DNA of 64,000 bases from Octopus sinensis (Eukaryota): assembly GCF_006345805.1 (NCBI RefSeq), contig NC_043001.1:133052001-133116000 (forward strand), in the 5' to 3' direction. The notes under the pieces are model-generated. The model did not search any database and was not told the origin of the DNA. It saw nothing but the letters and a program-made list of their open reading frames with translations. Position 1 is the stretch's first letter. Every line of letters starts with the position of its first letter. Positions 1 to 12,470 of this stretch are shown here, one piece after another. The position numbers and the translations under genes are program-made.

Positions 1-148
1 TTGCGAAACCCCTGTCATGTCACCTTTGTTTCTTTGGCGTTCCAAATCATTTTGATGATTTTGTTTCAGTCAAATGAAAGTTCTATGTCTACGTCCTGTT
101 TATTGATATCTTCTCGGTGCATCTTACAGAAGAAATACTTTGGTATTA

Positions 149-539
149 TCTTTATATATAAAAGAGAGGTTGTGTGTCTGTCTACTCCGATTTAGATTCC
201 TAACTACTCCCACATTTTGCGATGCAGTTTAACCAAAACCGGGTATCTTATAGTCGTGATTCATATCGAGCCCTTCTGGGTATAAGTGCGCGTCTACGAT
301 GAGTCTACGATTTTAAAAATAATTTACCATCGTTTTTTTCCATTTTAATGCATATTTTTTAATAAAGGGAAGTAACTCTCTAAAAATGTCTACGATGAGT
401 CAACGATTTAAAAAAAAATTTACCATAATTTTTTTTCCATTTTTAATGCATTTTTTGCTATTTTTTGGCTACAACTCTCTAAAAATGCTTTATAGTTATT
501 TCCCTTACAAACCCGAGCAACGTCGGGCGATACTGCTAG
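149..539 (+). mobile_element. Non-autonomous Helitron (family H1)
   Basis: 5' TC(TTTATATATAAA), subterminal hairpin CCCGAGCAACGTCGGG, 3' CTAG, inserted between A and T. Near-identical copies elsewhere in the window. Confidence 0.8.
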
Positions 540-790
540 TTAACTATAAAAAAAAGATTTAAAAAAACGCTTATGGATTAGACAGTTCATAACTCTCTGT
601 CGCAACGTTTACTTCATGAAAAAAGAAATTTGTTTTTACTCTTTGACTCTTGACCAGTGGCGGTTCGTGTATAGGAACAGCGGAACTGCCACGCCACCTA
701 TTTCCACTCGATATCATCGATAACATTCAATATAATGAGTCCTTTCTTCTTTAATTCTTTCTTTATACTTGTACGTTATATAATCCTTAA

Positions 791-1175
791 GTGGAGGCGC
801 AATGGCCCAGTGGTTAGGGCAGCGGACTCGAGGTCATAGGATCGCGGTTTCGATTCCCAAACCGGGCGTTGTGAGTGTTTATTGAGCGAAAACACCTAAA
901 AGTTCCACGAGGCTCCGGCAGGGATGGTGGTGATCCCTGCTGTACTCTTTCACCACAACTTTCTCTCACTCTTACTTCCTGTTTCTGTTGTACCTGTATT
1001 TCAAAGGGCCGGCCTTGTCACTCTCTGTGTCACGCTGAATATCCCCGAGAACTACGTTAAGGGTGCACGTGTCTGTGGAGTGCTCAGCCACTTACACGTT
1101 AATTTCACGAGCAGGCTGTTCCGTTGATTCGGATCAACCGGAACCCTCATCGTCGTAACCGACGGAGTGCTTCCA
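791..1175 (+). mobile_element. tRNA-derived SINE family A (~385 bp)
   Basis: A box TGGCCCAGTGG, B box GTTTCGATTCC, ~15 near-identical copies in the window, TSD-like flanks (atccttaag). Confidence 0.92.
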
Positions 1176-1666
1176 AATTATCCTTAAGCTTAATGTCAGT
1201 AGCCATCCACTAGTTAATGAGAAAAATGCAAAAATCCTTGTAAAGAATTGTGTGCTTCACAGTTCCAGCGATGCGGTGTTTGGGTGTTGTGCGCATGTTC
1301 ACATGTCCGAGATAGGAAGCTTCACACGAGGGAGAGAGAGCACTGCGTGAACGACAGTGCCGGGTGAATGGTGGTGTTTCTTTTTGACTCCGTGTGTGTT
1401 GTGCTTAAAACGTGCCTGTATTCTTGAATGTAATAAGTGTAGGATTAGATTATTATCCTGCTTCCAGCTTCAGTGTTGCTTCTAGGATTTGAAAAGTAGC
1501 CCCCCCCCCATTTTGTGATTTAGTGGGGATTTTTTAAAAACAAGGAGTAATCCGCGGCGAAGTTCAGTGAACAAATTAAACAGACTACCCAGCAGTGGCT
1601 AAAACGCGAACCAATCAAGTTTATGTATAAATTTTCTTTTATACGTTTGTTTCCTTTTATATAATA

Positions 1667-2093
1667 CTAGCAGAATAGCCCGGCGTTGCCCGGGTATGTA
1701 AGAGCCCCTAGTAGGCAACGACTAATCCCAATCTAGTTCTTTCCCTCTAGGGAACGAAGGCGCATGTGTAGGATGCAATGTCTTCTCTTCACTCGAATAC
1801 TTCTATGTATACGATGTTCCTAGCTGTCTCCCGATTGCAAGTTGCGAAAACTACAACAGAAAATGTGTTGCATATGAAAAGCTTAGATTCTCGACCCCAT
1901 GTCGAATTTATCTATTTTTTTTCAGAACTGGGGGAACTTTTCAAAATTTTCGCTGCATTAGTTTTGAATTATGGCATTGGGCTATGTGTGTGTCAAGTTT
2001 CATTAGAATCGGTTGAAAGCTGTGGTCAGGGTGAGGGTACAACCTGACAGCCACACTGACACATAGACAAACTGTCGTTTATATATAGAGAGA
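1667..2093 (-). mobile_element. Non-autonomous Helitron (family H2)
   Basis: Minus strand: TC start, CCCGGGCAACGCCGGG hairpin, CTAG end. Confidence 0.75.
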
Positions 2094-2278
2094 TTAAAAC
2101 AACGACAAAAGCTTTTCTGAAGCAACCCCCCCCCCACTAATTTCATCTACGAGTCGTCACTGCTCTTGACTCATTGCTGTTGTTATTGCTGTTTAACCCA
2201 TCGATCAAAGAATCACATGATCAACCCATAAGTTTTTCAAAGACAATTTATCTAGAATTGTATTCGCTAATATGATTG

Positions 2279-2564
2279 TGTGGAGGCGCAATGGCCCAGT
2301 GGTTAGGCAGCGGACTCGCGGTCGCAAGATCGCGGTTTCCCATACCGGGGGTTGTGAGTGTTTATTGAGCAAAAACACCTAAAAAAGCTCCACGAGCTCC
2401 AGCAGGGGGTCGTGATCCCTGCTGTACTCTTTCACCACTCTTTCTCCCACTCTTTCTTCTGTTGGCCTTCTGTCGAAGGCTAAAACAATGCGAACGCATT
2501 GTGACCAGCGATGTGTAACAACATCTGATGGTCTGGTCGGTCAAGTGATCACGTGATCACGTGA
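2279..2564 (+). mobile_element. SINE with family-A head and RTE-LINE-derived tail
   Basis: Head shared with family A. Tail matches the LINE 3' end at 10671-10865 and ends in (GTGATCAC)n. Confidence 0.8.
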
Positions 2565-2575
2565 ATATGACTGTA

Positions 2576-2880
2576 TGGAGGCGTAATGGCCCAGTGGTTA
2601 GAGCAGCGGACTCGCGGTCGGAGGATTACAGTTTCGATTCCCAGACCAGGCGTTGTGTGTGTTTATTGAGCGAAAACATCTAAAGCTCCACGAGGCTCCG
2701 GCTAGGAGTTGTGGCGACTCCTGTTGTACTCTTTCGTCCCAACTTTCTCTCACTCTTTCTTCCTGTTTCTTGGGTAACGCTGCGATGGACTGGCGTCCGT
2801 TCAGTTGTGGGGAACACATACACCACAGAAACCGGGAAACCGGGCCCATGAGCCTGGCTAGGCTTGAAAAGGGCACATAA
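2576..2880 (+). mobile_element. SINE with family-A head and a third tail type
   Basis: Head shared with family A, then diverges into GCTGCGATGGACTGGCGTCC...CAGAAACCGGG. Confidence 0.8.
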
Positions 2881-2884
2881 ATAA

Positions 2885-3267
2885 TCTCTCTCTATATAAA
2901 CGGGAGTTTGTCTGTCTGCGTGTCTGTGTGTCTGTTAGGTTGTACCCTCACCCTGTCCACGGCTTTCGACCGATTCTGATGAAACTTGACACACACATAG
3001 CCCAATGTCATAATTCAAAACTAACGCAGCGAAAATTTTGAAAAGTTCCCCCAGTTCTGAAAAAAAATCGATAAATTCGACATGGGGTCGAGAATCAGAA
3101 ACACAAACCACAGACTGTCTAGGGGACGCAACTCGACCTTTTTAACTCTCAAAAAAATTTACCATCATTTTTTTTCCATTTTTTGCTATTTTTTGGCTAT
3201 AACTCTCTAAAAATGCTTTATAGTTATTTCCCTTACAAACCCGAGCAACGCCGGGCGATACTGCTAG
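2885..3267 (+). mobile_element. Chimeric non-autonomous Helitron (H2 5' part + H1 3' part)
   Basis: 5' ~210 bp match 1667-2093; 3' ~115 bp match 149-539; CTAG end. Confidence 0.75.
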
Positions 3268-4005
3268 TAATAAATAAATAAATATGATTGTAGAAGATCA
3301 TCGTCGTGTGGTCAAGTTGGCTGCGTGTATAATAAATGAAGTGATTCACGAATTTTTAACCTTTAGTATATTTAGTATATTTAACATGACTTACTGCGTT
3401 GGTTCTTTACAAAAGAAAGGTGTTGATAACACAATCGCCGATTGCGAGGAGAGAACTGCGCTATCTTGTACAAAGCTAGCTGTGGTACATCATGCATGAG
3501 TGTCCGAAGTCGTTTCTCGATTGATGTAGTCTGATCTTAGAGGTCTGCCTTCTGTGAATACACAAGGTGGTCTACACGAATGCCCGAAGCCGTATGCTCG
3601 GATACCCGCAGCCGTTTTGTCTTAGCGGTCTGCCACGACCGTTTGGATGAGTTAGCCACCAAACGGTCTTTACAGGGTGAAAAGTGGGTGCATTTTATCA
3701 CATCCAAGGAGCCACATCCCACCACAGCTTTACACGATCGGTCGATTCATAGATCAGTCATGCGGAACTCTGATGACTCACTCATGATCCCTAAATGAAT
3801 TGAATATCTTGCGGTTGAGATTCGAATCCCTACATGATCTTCGTGTTTTAAAAGTGTCGCGTATAATTTGCCATTTCTTGCAGATCGAAGACCAACACAC
3901 TGAGTATCTCTCATTGACTCGAAACGGAGTTTATTTGTCGAGAATGCAAATGAATCCAGAAACTCAGTATTTTGCTATGTGAATATCTATTATGCAATAA
4001 ATAAG

Positions 4006-4431
4006 GGATCTTTTCGGTTTGAACGGCAGTTTTATCTAGCGGTGTCATATGAAATTGTCACCCATAATTATGACCTTAGTATCGATCTATTGCATTTCAA
4101 TCTGTTTTAGGGTTAGGGTTGGGGTTAGGGGTGGGGGGAAGGGTATCTTTTTTTTCTTCACAAATGTAAATAAACCCAATCTGTTTCTTAAACGAGGGAC
4201 ATATTCATACGGCACAGAATGTTTTTTTACCTCAATAGACGTCATTGATTGGTTGAAATTGCAGACATTGAAGAAAAAACAACAACAAATATCTTACAAA
4301 CTATAGAATTTTCTCAATAAAGCCAAGAGAAAAAGATTTTTATAAACACATTCTACCAGTATACGAAGTTTAAAAGTGTTTAGCTACGTGGAAATTATTT
4401 TTAAAAACTGCCGTTCAAACCGAAAAGATCC
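4006..4431 (+). mobile_element. MITE, Merlin-like, with internal TTAGGG repeats
   Basis: TIR GGATCTTTTCGGTTTGAACGGCAGTTTT at both ends and 8-bp TSD TAAATAAG. Superfamily inferred from GG termini plus the 8-bp TSD. Confidence 0.8.
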
Positions 4432-4561
4432 TAAATAAGAACTATAAAATACAGTAATGAACAATAATGTTTAATAAATGCTCAGTATGATTCAACCCAG
4501 TTTAGAGAATATTTCTTGAATGTAAAATTTGTGCATATGCTGTGGTAGTTAAAATGCTTTT

Positions 4562-4943
4562 GAGGCGCAATGACCCAGTGGTTAGGGCAGCGGACTCGCG
4601 GTCATAGGATTGCGGTTTCGATTCCAAGACCTGTGCGTTGTGAGTGTTTATTGAGCGAAAACACCTAAAGCTCCACGAGGCTCCGGCAGGGGATGGTGGT
4701 GATCCCTGCTGTACTCTTTCACCACAACTTTCTCTCACTCTTACTTCCTGTTTCTGTTGTACCTGTATTTCAAAGGGCCGGCCTTGTCACTCTCTGTGTC
4801 ACGCTGAATATCCCCGAGAACTACGTTAAGGGTACACGTATCTGTGGAGTGTTCAGCCACTTACACGTTAATTTCACGAGCAGGCTGTTCCGTTGATTCG
4901 GTGCAACCGGAACCCTCGTCGTCGTAACCGACGGAGTGCTTCC
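4562..4943 (+). mobile_element. SINE family A
   Basis: Full copy, TSD agttaaaatgcttttga. Confidence 0.92.
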
Positions 4944-5404
4944 CCCCAGTTAAAATGCTTTTGACATTTAGTGAGAAAGTAAGGGAGGAAATTACGAAAT
5001 TATTCTATAAGTAAATCAAAGAAGTAATAAAAATATTGACGAATAAGAGAAATGGGATTTGAATAATTCAAGTAGAAGAGGTTCAGTTTTAATTAATTAA
5101 TTAAAAAAATTCGATGAAGAATCAACTTCGTGGAAAGTAGTTACATAACAAGTTAGAAATGAGCTCTTTAGAAGGTAACAGCAAGCCTTAAATGGTTGTC
5201 ATTTAGCAAGCATTGTTAGAGAATCAAAAGAGATGTGATCTAAGTTCACAGATTAACTCCCCCCCCTCGTTATGCATGGAAATTGTGACACATCTCAGGT
5301 GTTAGGGCTTTTTAAAACTAACACATCTGCCTCAAAACATAGCTTTTTTTTTTTCAGTATACCAAATAACATCTCACTTCCTATCCCCGCCCACACCTAT
5401 ATTC

Positions 5405-5449
5405 ACACATACACACATACATACATACATACATACATACATACATACA

Positions 5450-5480
<31 letters not shown>

Positions 5481-5762
5481 GTACGTACGTACATACATAC
5501 ATACATACATACATACATACATAAATACATACATACATACATACATACATACATACATACATACATACATAAATACATACATACATACATACATACATAC
5601 ATACATACATACATACATACATACACACACACATACATACATACATACATACATACATACATACATACATACATACATAAATACATACATACATACATAC
5701 ATAATACATACATACATACATACATACATACATACATACACATGCCTACACACACACACACA
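5405..5762. repeat. (TACA)n microsatellite
   Basis: Direct reading; source of the HTYI/MYVC pseudo-ORFs. Confidence 0.97.
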
Positions 5763-6401
5763 TGCTCAAAACACGATGCCTTGCGGAAATTGGATTTCAT
5801 TTACACGCAGAGGTCTATTTGTAACGAAACAGCTACAAAAAAAGAAGAAAAAGGAAAAGAAAAAAGACGCAAAAGAAAACCCCCAAACTAGTCGTCGTAA
5901 ATAATATACATTAAATTTGATTGAAGAAAAAGTAAAATAACATGTTTTTTATGGAGGTAAAATATCTCTCAGGCCAGCGCCAGCAGAGTAGAGACTAAGT
6001 GTGTGGTCAATAGCCAATAGATGGCTAATTATAAAAAAAATTTGTACAACATCGACAGCATGTTGTTATGTAATAGAAGGGAGAAAAAAATAATAAAGCG
6101 ATGTCTCATATAATATTGGTGACAAGAGGAAATATAATATGTACATGAATCGTTTTCACCGAGGAATAATGAACTGTGTTGGTTTGATTTAATTTGAGAT
6201 AGTTTCCTGAATGAAACATTCTGGCCTGTGTTAATGGGGGTCTCCCAATTTCCTTACACACGTAGCACATATAACTGGATATATAGTGTCACGTTATACA
6301 CTGATATATACACATATACACATCTGGGAGTGTATGCCCCTGCAGCTATAGTTACGCAACATATTTTACCTTGTATGCTATACGTTGATCTTTCTTTTAT
6401 T

Positions 6402-6472
<71 letters not shown>

Positions 6473-6841
6473 TCTCTATCTCTGTCTTTTTCATTTCAAT
6501 TATCTGTGTACGAGTGCTGTATCTTGAGAGGATCATTTTGCCAACACACACACTGGTTGTATTTCGCTTCTAATAATCGTTTCTGATTTAGGTATAGGTC
6601 CAACAGTTTTGAAGGGAGGGTTTTGGCCGACACCATCGACTTTATTTTACCGACCTCTGGAGGATGAAAGGCAATGTTGACATGTACCAAAACTGTGAAG
6701 CCATGTTGTTAAGTACAGACTACCATACCTCACTTGGTGGCCAAAAACAATATTTCACTAATTGAAATTATAATTTAATTCAGAAAGTAAATTCATTCGT
6801 GTAGATTGAGTTGACTGTTTCCACTGAGGAGAACTAATAAT

Positions 6842-7437
6842 GGATCTTTTATTTACATTTGTGAAGAAAAAAAGATACCCTTCCCCAACCCTTAACCCTA
6901 ACCCTAACCTTAACCTTAACTAACCCTAAATCTAAAATAGATTGAAATGCAATAGATCGATACTAGGGCCATAATTATGGGTGACATTTTCATTTGACAC
7001 CGCTAGAAAAAAAATCTCATTTTCCGTACCGGTGTCGTATGAAATTGTCACCCATAATTATAACCCTAGTATCGATCTATTGCATTTCAATCTATTTTAG
7101 ATTTAGGGTGAGAGTTAGGGTTAGTTAGGGTTAGGGTTAGGGTTAGAGGTTGGGGAAGGGTATCTTCACAAATGTAAATAAACCCAATCTGTTTCTTAAA
7201 CGAGGGACATATTCATTATGCACAGAATGTTATTTACCTAAATGGACGCCAGCGATTGGTTAAAATTGCCGAAATGCTCGAAATTAAAGATGAAATATCT
7301 TACAACCTATAGAATTTTCTCAATAAAGCCAAGAGAAAATGATGTTTTATAAACACATTCTACCAGTATGCGAAGTTTAAAACTTTTTAGTTAGCTAAAA
7401 ATTATGTTACAAAGTGCCATTCAAAAGGAAAAGATCC
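6842..7437 (+). mobile_element. Rearranged copy of the Merlin-like MITE with internal foldback
   Basis: GGATC...GATCC ends, 8-bp TSD CTAATAAT, inverted duplication ~6849-7002 / 7030-7181. Confidence 0.8.
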
Positions 7438-7789
7438 CTAATAATATCGAAACATGTCCAGAGTTATTTACCATAGTTACCAAAGATCAGACACTCTACC
7501 AAAATAATTTAATCTATTTTTCCCCTTGCATCTTTTGAAAATCGCTCTCATTAACACTAGTGAATTTTCTTCTTGTTATGGTTATAATTCAACTACGATT
7601 AGATACACTATTATTTTTTAGTGTAAAAGTTATGCCTATCTAAGTATTACGAAGATAGTCAATTAGTATCTGGTTTTTGAAAAACAATACTTTAATCTAT
7701 AATATCAAGTAGTGCATTTTGGAGGAATCATACCTTCTGTACTTACTGGGTCTAGATGTAGAACCAATGCTCATGACGTTCACAAGCCC

Positions 7790-9800
7790 TTCGAGATCAC
7801 TGCATTAAAAAATTGTTGCAATTTCACTCCCGCTGAAAAGACATGAGAAGAGAGGAAATTCTAAACACTAACGTTCTGGAGAAGAAAGACGTCATGTAAT
7901 GGTAGTGCGGAACCCTGGATGGGTTGTATATAATATAGGTGATGAGAAAAGAATTGGCAAATGAATTGTGAGTGCCTGTATGAAAGTGACCCGAGATCAG
8001 CCGGATTAGAGGAAAATAACCCATTATACGAGCGGTACAAAAGGCAGATAGAGAAGGGACGATACGCCTATAAGACAGAGGCCGTATCGTATCAGTGACT
8101 GACTATTCCATTCAGTCGAGTGGAGTTTCTCTGGCTGCGATACAAGGTGTTTATATTTAGCGGTAACACCAACTCAAATGTGGGAGCAATACTCCATTAT
8201 GAGCCCCTCGTGAGCTTTGTAGATTCTTAGTAATTGTTGAGATTTGTGAAGTATTTTCTGCTTGCGAAAAGAAGATTATGTCTTTGAGATACAGTATCAC
8301 CATGCCAAGGATATGCTTTCGCAATGAGTTGGATACAAAGTGGGTAGCGAAGGTAGAACCTTTCTCCATTGGGGTACTGCTCACAGAACCACCATGGTTA
8401 AAAAAATGAAGGTAAAGAGAAATCTGAAAGTTGATAGAGATCGTTTCAACTAGAGATAAGAGGAATTGACTGTAGTTTGGGAAACGAGGGACCTTGAGAG
8501 TTGAGTGAAGTACAGGGATATTCTTTGTAATTATAATATTGATGAGAAGAGAGGGAATTTCAAACACCTAACGTTCTGAAGAAGAAATACGTCATGTAAT
8601 GGTAGTTGCTGTTCTGAGTAAACGATGCTCAGGTTTTTGGGTAGGTTAGAAGCGACTTCTCCAGACGTTGTAGGGTTTGTATTTTTTTTTACCAAAACAG
8701 CTGCAGCACAGCTTTGGTTGAACCACTCGGGTGATGAGGCAATGTGTGTAGGATGTGGAGGGAGGTAATTGAGAGGGTGGTTTCAGTAAGGCGCTTAATT
8801 GTTTCTGATGGATCAGGAGCGAAACATATACAACTACATTAAGTTAACATAAAACTGGCGGAGCTTCGACAAATACGTTGAGATGAAGTGCCTTAAGACC
8901 TGAGGCAACGCGATGTGTTGTATGTAGATTGTGTTAGGAAATAGTAATGAAGTTGTGGTGGAAGGGTCCGATAGGCGCAGAGGCACTTGGAAGCACTCCG
9001 TCGGTTACGACGACGAAGGTTCCGGTTGATCCGATCAACGGAACAGCCTGCTCGTGAAATTAACGTGTAAGTGGCTGAGCACTCCACAGACACGTGTACC
9101 TTTAACGTAGTTCTCGGGGATATTCAGCGTGACACAGAGAGTGACAAGGCCGACCCTTTGAAATACAGGTACAACAGAAACAGGAAGTAAGAGTGAGAGA
9201 AAGTTGTGGTGAAAGAGTACAGCAGGGATCACCACCATCCCCTGCCGGAGCCTCGTGGAGCTTTAGGTGTTTTCGCTCAATAAACACTCACAACGCCCGC
9301 TCTGGGAATCGAAACCGCGATCCTACGACCGCGAGTCCGCTGCCCTACCCACTGGGCCATTGCGCCTCCACGCAGAGACACTTACTGTCCGGTAGAAGTT
9401 AGATTTGATAGATGAAAAAAGATCAATGGTGTTGAGAGTGTCTGTATGTCGGTCAGAAGTATGCGTAGGGGATGAAAGAAGGTGATGTAAAAAGTTAGGA
9501 AGATAGCTGAAGATTAGGATTTTGCTTCGGTCATTGGCGTGGTGTGAATGTGGGAGTTAAGACTGCTGAGCATTGAAGCCACCGAGCACAATGACTTTGG
9601 AGATTGATGAAGCAAAATATATGTACTCAATGTAAGATATAATTGAAGAATTGTTGATAGTTTGAGGAGTTCAGAGAGCTGTCCAGAGGAAACGTAGTTT
9701 GAAGGACTGAGAAAGGAAAGGAGATTTTGAATCAGAGTAATTGGAAGCCATTTTGGTTGAATTCCATGTAAGACAGCTGAGTAACAGGGGTTATGTAGTT
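7790..9800 (-). mobile_element. Decayed APE-type LINE (CR1/L2/Jockey-like) fragments
   Basis: Minus-strand relic motifs VIVLGGFNAQ (APE, ~9570-9600), PEWFNQSCAAAV (~8700-8730) and an RT C-terminal-like segment at 8160-8400. Many stops and frameshifts. Confidence 0.6.
8988..9371 (-). mobile_element. SINE family A
   Basis: Full reverse copy nested in the LINE relic. Confidence 0.92.
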
Positions 9801-10062
9801 TACATAAATGCAGACACTATCTTTGACTAAAGAGTGTATCATACATAGCCGAGATGAATTATATAAAGCGATTGAGGAACTATTGTCTCTGGAAGAATAG
9901 GATGTGTGATCTGCATGTTAGTAAGAGGAAAGGAGAGGAACGACCCTTATATACAGTCTACTTCTGTACTCTATATTTTGGAGAAAAACTTAATTTTACA
10001 ACATAGTATTAAAACACTGAATAAGCACACGATCTATTTTCTAAATGCTGACATATGCAAAA

Positions 10063-10442
10063 GTGGAGGCGCAATGGCCCAGTGGTTAGGGCAGCGGACT
10101 CGCGGTCATAGGATCGCGGTTTCGATTCCCAGACCGGGCGTTGTGAGTGTTTATTGAGCGAAAACACCTAAAAGCTCCACGAAGCTCCGGCAGGGGATGG
10201 TGGTGATCCCTGCTGTACTCTTTCACCACAACTTTCTCTTACTTCCTGTTTCTGTTGTACCTGTATTTCAAGGGGCCGGCCTTGTCACTCTCTGTGTCAC
10301 GCTGAATATCCCCGAGAACTACGTTAAGGGTACACGTGTCTGTGGAGTGCTCAGCCACTTACACGTTAATTTCACAACCAGGCTGTTCCGTTGATTCGGA
10401 TCAACCGGAACCCTCATCGTCGTAACCGACGGAGTGCTTCCA
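10063..10442 (+). mobile_element. SINE family A
   Basis: Full copy, TSD catatgcaaaa. Confidence 0.92.
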
Positions 10443-10670
10443 TCCATATGCAAAAACACCTTACATATGATTAATGTTCTGAAATACTGATAAGACAATT
10501 TTTGTTTTTGTTTTAAAAAATAAAAAAAACGTCACAAAATATAATGTTAGCGTTATGGTGACATTCACTTTAAATAAATCTTCTATACTTTTTCTAAAAC
10601 TATTGTAGTTTTGGTATTTATAATTTGAGTTCTAGTTAGCCGAATTTTGATAAATGCACTACGTTACTAT

Positions 10671-10865
10671 ATCACTTCACTTTGATCACTTTGACCGACC
10701 AGTCCGTCAGGCGTCCATTTGACACCGCTGGTCACAGCACGCTGTCCACTCCTCTCTGAATCGCGCCTTTCTCATCCACGTGATCCCAATCGTCCTCTTG
10801 AAATCGTCACTCCACCGTCGTGGAGGTCTTCTGTGTGGTCTTTTCCGCTCACGCGGGTACCATTT
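10671..10865 (-). mobile_element. 3' end of an RTE-clade LINE
   Basis: Reverse translation KWYPRERKRPHRRPPRRWSDDFKRTIGITWMRKARFREEW..., a typical RTE ORF C-terminus, then a short 3' UTR with an (AAGTGATCA)-type tandem tail. Confidence 0.8.
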
Positions 10866-10895
10866 ATAGTAACGTACCCGCGTTACAGAATTAAC

Positions 10896-11210
10896 TTGTG
10901 TTAATTCTGTAACCCTTTAAAATAGAAGATAAGAAAGTTCATTTTCGGCACTTGATGCTTTGGGAACCAGGCAAAAATTGCTGAAGCTCGGCTGGGATGT
11001 GTTACCCTACCCTCCATATTCACTGTAAAGGATCAAGAAGGAAGGACGTTATCATCAGGCTAGAGACTTGATCTAAATGTTTGTAACAGAGTAGTCGTTA
11101 TCTAATGACCAATAGTTGGTGTTAAACAGCGGTACGGTGCATTATAGAAGATAGTGGAAGACTTTGGATGTCGGAAAGTGGCACCTCGACGTGTTCTACG
11201 CCTAAAATGT
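10896..11210 (+). mobile_element. Mariner fragments
   Basis: 10896-11023 matches the element at 33740-34300 (LGWDVLPYPPYS). 11160-11205 reads DFGCRKVAPRRVLRL, resembling the mariner RKVSARWVPRLL motif. Confidence 0.6.
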
Positions 11211-11434
11211 TTTAAGTAATATGGAATAGAATCAAACTGATATACATACAAGCACATACACACCATACATATGCATATATTTCAGAGGTCCCTGAAGAAC
11301 GACATGGATGCTGCTACCCCTTTTCTGATTAACTAAAAGACACCGAAATAACAGATCTATGGTGAAAGGTTATTCAGCTGTGGTCATCCTGCTTTTTAAG
11401 TGCATGTACGACTGCATTATATAACGTTAACGAA

Positions 11435-12295
11435 GGCGGCGAGCAGGCAGAAACGTTAGCACGCCGGGCGAAATACTTTAGCGGTATTTCGTCTGCCGCT
11501 ACGTTCTGAGTTCAAATTCCGCCGAGGTCGACTTTGCCTTTCATTCTTTCGGGGTTGATTAAATAAGTACTAGTTACGCACTGGGGTCGATATAATCGAC
11601 TTAATCCGTTTGTCTGTCCTTGTTTGTCCTCTCTGTGTTTAGCCCCTTGTGGGTAGTAAAGAAATAGGTATTTCATTTGCTGTTGCGTTCTGAGTTCAAA
11701 TTCCGCCGAGATCGACTTTGCCTTTCATTCTTTCGGGGTTGATTAAATAAGTACCAGTTATGCACTGGGTCGATATAATTGACTTAATCCGTTTGTTTGT
11801 CCCTTCTGTGTGTAGCCCTTTGTGGACAGTAAAGAAATAAGAAACGTTAGCACGCAAGTCGAAATGCTTAGCGGTATTTCGTCTTTACGTTCTGAGTTCA
11901 AATTCCGCCAAGGTCGACTTTGCCTTTCATCCTTTCGGGGTCGATAAATTAAGTACCAGTTGCGTACTGGGCTCGATCTAATCGACTGCCCCCCCTCCCG
12001 CTCTCAAATTTCAGGCCTTGTGCCTACATTAGAAAAGATTTAACGTTAACCTACTTTATTTAATGCTTTGATGCAGGGCTGCGAGCTGGCAAGCCAGGTA
12101 TTTGAGTCCTTACGTTCTGAATCCAAATTCCGCCGAGGCCGACTTTGCCTTTCATCCTTGCGGGGTCGATGAATTAAGTACCAGTTACGCACTGGGGTCG
12201 ATATAATCGACTTAATCCGTTTGTCTGTCCTTGTTTGTACCATTTGATCACTGGAGTTGATGTAATCGACTTAACTACTCCTAGGAAAGATTATA
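11435..12295 (+). mobile_element. SINE family C (Deu/Nin-domain-like) tandem cluster
   Basis: Repeated GAGTTCAAATTCC B box plus GCCTTTCATCCTTTCGGGGTCGATAAA..AGTACCAG core, ~4 units. Confidence 0.88.
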
Positions 12296-12470
12296 AAAAT
12301 TGCATCTTTTTTGCCAAACCATGTCGAGCGTGTGTGGCTGAGTAGTATCACCAAACCAGCATGTTCTCAAGTTCAAATTCACGACTTCCACATCAGACTG
12401 TGTTTGGTGGGGAGAATATGCTGAGGCTTTTGTCTTGCAGTGGACTGAAACATAAGCAAATCTAATCTAA

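Larger units (their letters stand above)
655..2162 (+). mobile_element. Non-autonomous hAT element with nested SINE and Helitron
   Basis: TIRs CAGTGGCGGTTCGT / CAGTGACGACTCGT and 8-bp TSD CTCTTGAC. An uninterrupted relative lies at 13531-14204. Confidence 0.85.

Noticed and set aside
791-870. SINE heads as tRNA genes
   Set aside because: A/B boxes are present but there is no closed acceptor stem, and each continues into a SINE body.
875-1127. Recurrent ORFs MVVIPAVLFHHN..., MFIERKHLK..., MSSNARGTNTD... as a multigene family
   Set aside because: They lie wholly inside SINE copies with Pol III boxes and TSDs, and indels among copies ignore frame.
3500-3800. GC-richer unique-looking stretch with short ORFs on both strands
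   Set aside because: No recognisable motif, splice signals or second copy in the window, so I cannot support any call.
5272-5904. 210-aa HTYI-repeat ORF and all similar [16 protein letters not shown] ORFs
   Set aside because: They are translations of microsatellites that lack stops by construction.
6880-7155. Telomere fusion site or true telomere
   Set aside because: The orientation is opposite to an end-to-end fusion, and the repeats are internal to a TIR element with a TSD.
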